Of a stretch of DNA of 64,000 nt, positions 54,754 through 64,000 are shown piece by piece. The notes under the pieces are model-generated. The model did not search any database. It was not told the DNA's origin and worked only from the letters and a program-made list of their open reading frames with translations. Position 1 is the stretch's first letter; every line of letters starts with the position of its first letter. A program made the translations under genes and the position numbers. This DNA comes from Eledone cirrhosa. Lineage: Eukaryota. The stretch lies in the NCBI GenBank assembly GCA_964016885.1, contig OZ024741.1:183644001-183708000 (forward strand). The letters are read 5' to 3'.

Positions 54754-54756
<3 letters not shown>

Positions 54757-54979
54757 AATGTAAGCTATCGCCGTATTTTTACTAAAGAAATTAAAGAAAA
54801 TTATTTAGCCTGATAGTGGGGTTAAGAACCCTCGGAGAAATGGAAAAAGATGAGTATTGACGTACATGTACGTCAATACTCATCTTTTTCCATTTCTCCG
54901 AGGGTTCTTAACCCCACTATCAGGCTAAATAATTTTCTTTAATTTCTTTAATCAAAATACGGCGATAGCTTACATTTAT
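54754..54979. repeat. Spacerless 226-bp palindrome; arm homologous to the region 3' of the tRNA-like sequence (48570-48660)
   Basis: Centre CGTACA|TGTACG at 54866/54867; 113-bp arms with ~2 mismatches near the outer ends. Confidence 0.95.
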
Positions 54980-55171
54980 AATTTCAAACCCGCTCGCTGT
55001 TTCGAAAATATTCTTACACACACACACACACAGACCCCCCCCTCCCATATATATATATATGTATATATATATTTATAATGGGAGATAATCGACACTAAAT
55101 ATAGGGCTGGAAATATAATATAACGTAAGTGGAGTTATACTTACACGATAAATTGATAGAGAATTAATAAT

Positions 55172-55338
55172 GATTTCTAATTTAGACACAAGGCCAGCAA
55201 TTATCCAGTGCATTACTGGTACTTTATTTTATCGATCCCGTAAGGATGAAAGGCAAAGTTAACCTCGGCGGGATTTGAACTCAGAATGTAAAGGGACGTA
55301 ACTATGTTAGAAAGCATGGCGTCCAACCCTCTACCGAT
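55172..55338 (-). mobile_element. CORE-type SINE (family A)
   Basis: Family motif; flanking duplication AATTAATAAT. Confidence 0.9.
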
Positions 55339-56239
55339 AATTAATAATGTAAGGGAAAAAGATTATATAGGTATTCATAACCTAGGAAGACAAATAGGGT
55401 TCATTTAAAATTAATAATATTCTAATAGGGGGATATGAATTATGAATTGTATAAGATATAAATAGGGCGCAAAGTGTATATGATTCGAAATTCTAAGTGT
55501 TAATAATATACTTCAATGTTGGTACAATGGATATATATGATATAAAAGAAAGAGGAGTAAATTGTTCTATGTGAACAGGAAGGGATTATCTCATTTTTCA
55601 AATTTAATAGGATACATTTTGAAGTGATTATTTCTAGCGCTTCAGTTTAACAAAGATTGCATTTAGTTCCGATTCCACCATAGGAGTTTACAGAATTTCA
55701 ACATCCTACCCTATAAAGTATCTAATGTTATCACTTTTTAAATACCAGATCAATTTATCTAAGGAAGTAGTGTTTTTTTTTTAATTTTTCATTCTTAAAA
55801 CAATGTAAATGCGCATAAAACCTCGTTTTGAACTAGTTTGCAGTAGCTTCTATGTAATTGCATGTGTTATGTGTTCAGACTTCACACTTATACACAATAT
55901 TACTTTTAAGACAATTTCACCCTAATAGGCAAGATTCAGAGACCCTACAATTGCATTTAGATATAGCAATGTTAGTATTAAGTGGCCTGTTCAACTCATT
56001 ATTATACTTAGTCATAAATCAAGAAACCATTATTATAGTTAGTCATAGCATTATTTATACCAGACAACCATTATTTGTAGCAGACAACCTAAATGTATTA
56101 TCACCATAACTAACATTATTTAAGACCATAGAAGGGTATTATTGTTTATAAGATTTGTTTGTTCAGCTTTATGTTTATAAATAAATTTTCCTATGGTTAT
56201 TGAATGCCAAAAAAATAGTTAAGTTTGGTGTGGTCGAGA

Positions 56240-56960
56240 AGGATAGTTCGACTGTAGTGGTATTGATAATTATTATTCATCAATTTCCCCTATTCTCATA
56301 AAAAAGCACTAATAATGGCCAAGAATCTCACCGATATTATTAGAGAGGAAATTGATATCCTCTTGGTTACCAGATGCACTATCATTGAACTTGATGGCAG
56401 CCTTTGGACGAGGAAAAAGCGTCCAAATAATTTCAAGGTTACCATGGGACCAAGCGACTCGATCCAGGTCAGTGACATTGCTGGGTTGTTTCTCTAGAAT
56501 ATCCAAACATGAAAGGTGGTCTGCATAGGGACGACACTCTTTTTACTTTTAGAGATCTTAATAACTACGAGCTTGAGAGAGTTAGAAAACACTTGTATAA
56601 ATTCTTTAAAAACTATTACTTAACTATTACCATCACTATTAATACCAAGATAGATTTCTTTATTTGCCACAAGGGCGTATTTATACTAAAATAGTTAACT
56701 TCTTAGATGTCATGTCACATTTGATTTGGATTCCGAAATATATAGACCCTACTACACACCTGGTGAATTTTTATGTTATGTACATAAACATTCGAATGTT
56801 GTAGGGGCTACCCTAAATCCGTTATTAAATCTATTATTACTAATATATCTAGTAGAATTTCTAAACTCTCGGCAAACGAGCATTTGGATCGAAAATTCCC
56901 ACTATAACGAAGTATTTGCAAACTCAGGAGATATTGAGAAAACACGCTTCAAACCAACTA
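56240..56960 (+). mobile_element. Decayed Penelope-like RT fragment
   Basis: FKVTMGPSDSIQVSDIAGLFL (PLE MG..S motif), GGLHRDDTL (catalytic DD), LERVRKHLYKFFK..LTITI, YRPYYTPG..YVHKHSN; broken frames. Confidence 0.78.
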
Positions 56961-57799
56961 AAAGGGTCTATAAATATAGTACCACTCACGTGCTGGAGTT
57001 GATCCTCTCACTCTCTCGCTGGAAAAATTCGGCAGAGAGGGTTAGGCTTCACCAGATTTAAATGCAAAAGATGGATCACGACGGCACCCCTACGACTCCA
57101 ACAAAAGTTAAAGACCTATAGTATGTATGTATGTATGTATGTATGTATGTATGTATGTATGTATGTATGTATGTATGTTGGTGCTACTGGTAACATGTAT
57201 CCCAGTACAACCTGTCTCATGGTCGGGTCGTTGGCGACTAAACTGGCAACCCCACCAAGGTTTCTTGGTGAGGAGGGTGGCTTTGGACATCCTGCAGGAC
57301 TAAAAACAAAACCTGTCAAAAGGCAAAGGGGCTCTTAAGAGTCAATAGCCATCCAAAATCACCGGGAGAGATGACCCCTTAGCCTTTGTCAAGGCATAAT
57401 TCTAGGAGAAGGAAAACTCTGATATAACACCTGCAACCCTGATGGTATCCAATGATGTTGAATTGTTCTTCTTTTTGGTAAATATCATCTTGGTTAAGAG
57501 AGTGGGACTGGCTTTGTGCAGTGCCTTTGCTCACTATAAAAGCTTCACAGCACAGGCATTGCTTTATATCTGGAGATCTCTCTGCACTTGTCGTCACATG
57601 GTACCATTGGCCCAGCACTATGTGTCAATAATTGTCACAAGTGTAGTGTTTGTACCAGAGTTTTCAAGTCGCTGGCTGGACTAAAAAGTCACATTCGTTC
57701 AGCGCATTGGTAGGGGTTCTCCTACATGGATATAAAGTAGTGGCCGTACTCGAAAACGAGTTGGCAGCCACCATGTATGTATGTATGTATGTATGTTTA

Positions 57800-58458
57800 T
57801 CTCTTTCTCTTAATTTCGAGTATATTTTTTTGACCCGCCACCTTCCTGGTGGCAAGGTTGTAAAAGAAAAGAAATTGTCATCCCTTGAATCGCATGAATG
57901 TTTTGCAAATTTTGAAGGTGCCAGCTATCGCAGCCATTTGTAGACTATGAATTAGGGAGCTGCGCTTTTTGTCCGCAAATCCAAGTTCAGTCATACTTTG
58001 GTCTAAGAGGGTTGTTATATAACCCGTAGCTCCAATAATGATGGGTATGAAGCTAAAGGTGTATCTTGGATACTGGATTTGTAAACTCCTCATCAATGGT
58101 CCGTAGATGTCCTCCTTCTCCTGTATTTTTCTGACAACGTTTACATCAAGTGGGCAGCTGATCTCCACAACAGAACACGTTTTCAATGTGTGGTCCCAAA
58201 CAACAATATCAGGCCGGTTGTGCTTTAATTTGGTGGCAGTTTTTATTTTCAGGTTCCACCAGTATTCCTTAGTGCCATCTGTCTCAATATATTCTTCCTC
58301 GTTTGTTGTTAATTTTTTTTCCGAAGTGCGTTCCAGATGGTTCTAGCTATCCCATCGTGTCTCATGGGGAGGTAGTAGCGAGATGACATTCTTTCGCAGC
58401 TGGCAACAATGTGGCTTACATCCTCGATCTTTGTTTTACATAGCCTACATTTATTGTC
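57800..58458 (-). mobile_element. RLE-type (R4/Dong- or NeSL-like) non-LTR retrotransposon, 3' portion
   Basis: CRLCKTKIEDVSHIVASC (CCHC), RHD, HNRPDIVVWD..VVEISCP..EKEDIY (PD..E.K restriction-like endonuclease), PIIIGATG; (TATG)n at both ends. Confidence 0.88.
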
Positions 58459-58480
58459 AGTATGTATGTATGTATGTATG

Positions 58481-60124
58481 TATGGTTTTCGTGCTGGACG
58501 CGGCACTACTGATATGATCTTCTCAGCTAGACAGCTCCAGGAGAAGTGCATGGAACAAGGCTTGGATCTGTATCAGGTTTTTGTCGATCTGACAAAAGCT
58601 TTCGATACTGTTAACAGAGATGCATTATGGAAGGTTCTCCAGAAACTTGGTTGCCCTGATAAGTTCCTTGCTTTAGTTAGGTCTTTCCATGACGACATGA
58701 AGGCTTGGGTTAATGTCGGAGGTAACATGTCGGAGCCTATCTCAGTAAAAAATGGAGTGAAACAGGGGGATATTCCAGCACCGACCCAGTTTGCCATATT
58801 CTTTGCAATGGTTTTCTGTATTGCATTCAGGAATTGCGAGCATGGTGTTTACATCCGATATCGAACCTCAGGCAGCATATTTAACATCAGGCGCTTTGCT
58901 ACAAAGACAAAAGTATTTACATCAATCATAAGAGACCTCTTGTATGCAGATGATTGCGATCTTGTAGCGCACACAGAGAGTGATATGCAGCACATGTGGA
59001 ATGCATTTTCTGACGCTTGCACTGCCCTAGGATTGACTGTCAGTCTCAAGAAAACCGTCGTCATGTACCAACCTGCCCCTGGTAAGCAGTACACTGAACC
59101 AAATATCTATGTGTATGGTAAACGACTTGGAGTGGTTGATCAGTTTGTCTACCTGGGAAGCACTGTCAATCGATACGGCAACCTTGACAGTGAAATCTCA
59201 CTTAGGATTAGGAAAGCAAGTGATGCTTTCGGAAAGCTAGAAAGGCGACTCTGGGGTCGGCGAGACATATGCAGGAGGACAAAGGTAAAGGTGTACAAGG
59301 CATGTGTGCTCTCTTGTCTTCTTTATGCCTGCGAGACCTGGGTCACATATCGACACCATCTTAAGCAATTGGAGCGTTTCCATCAGATGTGTCTCAGACG
59401 GATCCATGGCGTTCACTGGAGGGACCACATCAGTGATGTCGAGATTTTGGAAAGCTCTATGTGTGACAGTATAGAAGCTCTTGTGCTTAAGCAACGACTC
59501 CGTTGGAGTGGTCACCTTGCCAGGATGAAGGATTCTAGAATACCAAAACAACTCTTTTATGGAGAGTTCGTTAAAGGAAAACGACCGCCACATAAACCAA
59601 AAAAGAGGTATAAGGATTCCTTGAAAGCCTCTTTGAAAGACGCTAACATCTCTGCTGATACATGGGAAAATATTGCTGCTGATCGTAATAAATGGAGAAA
59701 GATTGTATATGAGGGAAAAGTTGCCTTTGAGGCATCTCGAATCGCATACGAGAAAGTAAAGCGGGATGTGAGGAAGGGCATTGCTGTTGCACTTCCAGAC
59801 GGCGAGGGTCCTCCTATGGTGCTGACATGCAGCGTCTGTGCGAGACTCTGCCTAAGCAAAGCTGGACTCGAAAGTCATCTGCGCAGTCATAAAGTAAGAC
59901 CAGTGGTTGACTACCAGGCTGCTGTTGGAGATGCTACTCATCATACTTGCCAAACATGTGGTAGAGAATGTAAATCAGCAGGAGGGCTCAAGCGACATGC
60001 AAAAGTACATGAACTCCAGCCACAGCCGACTATTCCCAGTGAATGTTTTGGTTGCCGACCCTGTGCAAGACATTTTAGATCATTGGCTGGGCTAAAAAGC
60101 CACATTCGATCGCAGCGCTGTTAG
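58481..60124 (+). CDS. RTE reverse transcriptase (5'-truncated) with three C-terminal zinc fingers
   Basis: YGFRAGRGTTDMIF, FVDLTKAFDTV, GVKQGD, LLYADD, FVYLGS, LLYACETW, RLRWSGHLARM; CSVC..H..H, CQTC..H..H, CRPC..H..C. The first ~24 aa of the listed ORF (58409) are read-through from flanking DNA. Confidence 0.88.
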   Translation, partial: YGFRAGRGTTDMIFSARQLQEKCMEQGLDLYQVFVDLTKAFDTVNRDALWKVLQKLGCPDKFLALVRSFHDDMKAWVNVGGNMSEPISVKNGVKQGDIPAPTQFAIFFAMVFCIAFRNCEHGVYIRYRTSGSIFNIRRFATKTKVFTSIIRDLLYADDCDLVAHTESDMQHMWNAFSDACTALGLTVSLKKTVVMYQPAPGKQYTEPNIYVYGKRLGVVDQFVYLGSTVNRYGNLDSEISLRIRKASDAFGKLERRLWGRRDICRRTKVKVYKACVLSCLLYACETWVTYRHHLKQLERFHQMCLRRIHGVHWRDHISDVEILESSMCDSIEALVLKQRLRWSGHLARMKDSRIPKQLFYGEFVKGKRPPHKPKKRYKDSLKASLKDANISADTWENIAADRNKWRKIVYEGKVAFEASRIAYEKVKRDVRKGIAVALPDGEGPPMVLTCSVCARLCLSKAGLESHLRSHKVRPVVDYQAAVGDATHHTCQTCGRECKSAGGLKRHAKVHELQPQPTIPSECFGCRPCARHFRSLAGLKSHIRSQRC

Positions 60125-60263
60125 TTGCTATCGCGTGTGTGTGTGTGTGTATAGATATGTTTATGTGTGTACGTGTGTGTATATATATATATATGTAAAT
60201 GTATATTATCATTGTTGTTGTCGTTATTATTATTGTTGTTATTATTATTATTATTGTTATTAA

Positions 60264-60320
<57 letters not shown>

Positions 60321-60476
60321 ATATGTGTATATATATATTTCTTTTTTTTAAAATTTATTTATTAATTTTCTTTTTTCTTTTTTCTTTATTTCTTTATTTT
60401 TTATTTTTTATTTTTTATTATTTTTTTTTCTCCTCGCGCAATGGCCATACTCGATAACGAGGGGGCAGCCATCATC
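58481..60476 (+). mobile_element. RTE-clade LINE, 5'-truncated, apparently young
   Basis: Open RT-to-stop frame; 3' terminal hairpin CTCG-ataa-CGAG and CATCATCATGT tail running into (ATGT)n; 5' end also in (TATG)n. Confidence 0.92.
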
Positions 60477-60689
60477 ATGTATGCATGTATGTATGTATGT
60501 ATGTATGTATGTATGTATGTATGTATGTATGTATGTATGTATGTATGTATGTATGTATGTATGTATGTATGTATGTATGTTCTTCTGGTGTTATAATTTC
60601 ACAAAGTTTTACCAATAGAGAGAGAGAGTCAGTTTCTAACATAGACACAAGACTCTCTCATTGGAATTTACACAACATCAACTAGGTAG

Positions 60690-60986
60690 ATATGTATGTA
60701 TGCATGCATGTGTATATATGGATGTTATTGTATGTGTGGATCTGTATGTTTTGAGTTGTATGTGTGCATGTGTATATGCTTTGCATCTGTACATGTGTAT
60801 ATGCAGTTATTAGATGTGGAATTTTTGGAATGTTTTACATATTTTTACTGTTCCATTAATGGATTCTACTTGTAGTTTCCTAACTAGTTGTGTTTTTTCT
60901 GTTCCTGTGAAGCCTAGCTTCTCAAGATTTGTATTGAGGCAGTTACTAACATACCCCAGTGCCCCAATAATCACAGGCATAAATCT
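60690..60986 (-). mobile_element. Second RLE-type LINE 3' end, related to 57800-58458
   Basis: Minus strand 60985-60811 reads FMPVIIGALGYVSNCLNTNLEKLGFTGTEKTQLVRKLQVESINGTVKICKTFQKFHI*, aligning with FIPIIIGATGYI..GTFKICKTF; (TATG)-type repeats at both ends. Confidence 0.85.
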
Positions 60987-62720
60987 GTATGTATGTATGT
61001 ATGTATGTATGTATGTATGTATGTATGTATGTATGTATGTATGTATGTATGTATGTATGTATGTGTGTGTGTATGTATGTATGTATGTATGTATGTATGT
61101 ATGTATGTATGTATGTATGTATGTATGTATGCATGCATTTATGTATGTATCTTTGTATGTATGAAGTTATATAGTTATTTCTCCAAAGTTTCTCATATAT
61201 TTAACCATGTAAGTCATTTGTACATATATTCTGAGAATCTAAACTATAATAAAATAAGGAGTGCGGGACTGCGTCCAAAATATATTTTTTTTTATCCCGT
61301 TTGTAAAATAAGTTGGATTACTTTCAATAAATAATGAATGAGTATTACATAATTTATCTACTAATTTTCGTTATTCGTGATTAAATATAAATAATTTTGT
61401 TGCTTATTTTAAGATTCACTTCTTTAAAATGTTCACATGTGAATACTTCCGGTTAGCGATCGCTTAAATAAACATTCATATATTTCCGTCCCTAATTTTC
61501 CCCTAATGCAGTTTATATATAATATCGTCTTTTTTTAATGTATCATGGATTACGTTACTGATTACATAAGACAGTGTAACACAGTCTTCGTTCAATTTCT
61601 GTGTATAGTCAATTACGATGTTATTTGTTGTATCATATCTACATGCATATATACTTGCGTATAATATCAATATGCACACTACACATGCTAGCAGAAAACC
61701 ACCCGAGAGTGTTTTTTCTGTTAGTTTATGTAATTACATCAGAGAAATAATTATTAAAATATAATTTTTATCTTTAATCACTTCCATGCAGGAGTAATCA
61801 ACATAAACCATAGGGTTTCTCTTATGCACACTATGAATTCATCAAAACGAAAATTTTCCGGTTTGCATGATTGCTCATATATCTGGTAATTCTGGTATAT
61901 ATGGCACACCTCCAAAATGTAAATACGTTCAACGGCATTGCCGTCATTAATGATGGCACGGGTCCACTAGTACGTATATATATATATATATATATACGCC
62001 GATATATATATATATATATACGCCGATATATATATATATATACGCCGATATATATATATATATATATATCGGCGTATATAGATGTGTGAGAGGCTATGTT
62101 TCATCCTATACAAGCTTAGACAAACATGCAAATATAGAAACATACAAACCACACACACACACACGCACGCACACACACACACACACAAACACACACACAA
62201 CACACACTCACACGCACAGAGGTAATATAACGTAACATACACAACACATATTTTGATAAATACATAGCGCTCTTTCGCAGATGTTCATGAGAAATTAATG
62301 AGTATGCCATTTAATTCAAATAAACCTTTCAGCATCAATAAAACACCACTGTGCCCATGAAATAGCGAGTTAGTATAGGGAGTACAGAAGGACCGAACCC
62401 TCCACTGCGGGATAGCTAATTTATTCTCTTCTCCTTATTGATGTGACATCGACAAAAAGCCTCTCCCAATATCCTGTCACGCAAACTCTATCATTATACA
62501 GCTTCGTATCTTAAGCTCATTTATACGTGAGTATTTATGTATATATATATGCACGCGCGCATACACACACACTCCCATTTCCCTCTTTCTCCCATATACA
62601 TATATATATAGAAGTGTGCGTGTGTGTGTATATATATATATATATACACATATATGCCTACGGATACTTAGATGCATATATATATATATATATACACATA
62701 TATGCCTACGTATAGTTAGA

Positions 62721-62772
<52 letters not shown>

Positions 62773-62866
62773 TCTAAGTATCCGTAGGCATATATGTGTG
62801 TATATATATATATACACACATACACACTTCTCTCCCTCTTTCTCAGATATATATATGTGTGTAAAA

Positions 62867-62917
<51 letters not shown>

Positions 62918-63083
62918 GTTTTGTTGTAGGTTTGTGATTGCTCTCTCCCTAATTATTCTATTTGTTCATTTTATTTATTTATTTATTTATTCATTTATTT
63001 ATTTATTTATTTTCCTATTTTATTTTTGGCGGTGGGGGTTGCCATGTTTACCTCTTTAACTTCCGTCATGACATTGAAGCGTG

Positions 63084-63360
63084 TAGAAAACAACAACAAC
63101 AACAACAACAAAAACAATACTCACTCCAACAGCAACAATAATAACAACAGCACCAGAAGCAGCAACAGCAGCAATAACAATAACAATAAAAACAGCACCA
63201 TCAATAGTATCAACAGCAGCAGCAACAGCAGAAACAATAACAATAACCACAAGAACAACACAACAAAAGAAACAACAATGGCAATAGCATCCATATAAAA
63301 AATAACTGCTACGGCAACAACAAGGACAACAAGAAAAACAGCAACAACATAAACAACAAA
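63084..63360. repeat. Degenerate (AAC/AGC/AAT)n tract
   Basis: Directly visible. Confidence 0.9.
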
Positions 63361-63429
63361 AATCTTAAAGACATCTTAAAGAAATCTTAAACCTCACATT
63401 TCTTTACTTTCGCATAAATCAAACTCAAT

Positions 63430-63800
63430 GATCACATTCATAGAATCATAACTTTAAAATCCTATCTTTTATAACGAAGATCTTTGCGGATCACAACGTT
63501 AGGACCATAAAGTTTAAAATTTTTGGAACGTAATTTAGTGATCATAACTTTAGAATCATAACTAAAGAAACATATCTTTAGGACATAAGCTCAGGATCTT
63601 AAATTTACTTTCATAATTTTTAGGATCCTGGTGTTGGGATCGTAACATGGATATTAATACTTTAGAATCATACCTAAAGGATAATAACTTTAGCACCATA
63701 ACATTAGGATCATAACGTAAGGTTTATATCTTTAGGATCATATCTTTTCGAATCATAACACCGGGATTGTAACTCAAGCCTCATAATCTTTCTCTCCATA
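63430..63800. repeat. Degenerate ~15-bp minisatellite (consensus approx. TTTAGGATCATAACT)
   Basis: Recurrent TAG(G/A)ATCATA(A/T)CTTT units. Confidence 0.75.
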
Positions 63801-64000
63801 TTTCTAGAATCACAAAGGGTAATCATTGATTATGTTAGTGATATATGGTACAAACACGTTATAAATCTCAGTTCTCGTGATCAAATATTACCAGTACATT
63901 ACTCTTATTGCCAGATTGTAATTAAAGACAAAATCAATACAGAAGGTCGACTGTGTATGCGTCCTCTATAGATGTATTTTCTACTATTCTCTTAATATGT

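Overview
This is repeat-saturated eukaryotic DNA with no recognisable host gene. The SINE sequences and microsatellite load resemble octopus/cephalopod genomes (inference from recall, not a search). Nearly all listed ORFs are microsatellite artefacts. Real content: (1) a same-strand pile-up of four decayed Tx1/L1-clade LINEs with interleaved CORE-type SINEs, every junction at (TAA)n (24.4-37.4 kb); (2) a cluster in (TATG)n tracts with two RLE-type LINE 3' ends and one 5'-truncated RTE LINE with an open frame and three C-terminal zinc fingers (57-61 kb); (3) several Penelope-like element (PLE) fragments (RT, GIY-YIG) and a mariner fragment; (4) a 9-kb degenerate (GGT/TGT/GTT) array back-to-back with a 1-kb (ACA) array; (5) a 1.5-kb local duplication. 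The most notable hidden signal is a dense set of type I hammerhead ribozymes: about 9 well-formed motifs plus several relics or halves, found by eye. They come from sequence-unrelated cassettes between (TA)n tracts. They include U3-A8 core variants, a recurrent U.U pair at 10.1-11.1, a 630-nt retrozyme-like 1.5-mer, and fold-back palindromes centred on or next to ribozyme hairpins. All structures were folded by eye; coordinates are good to a few bases.
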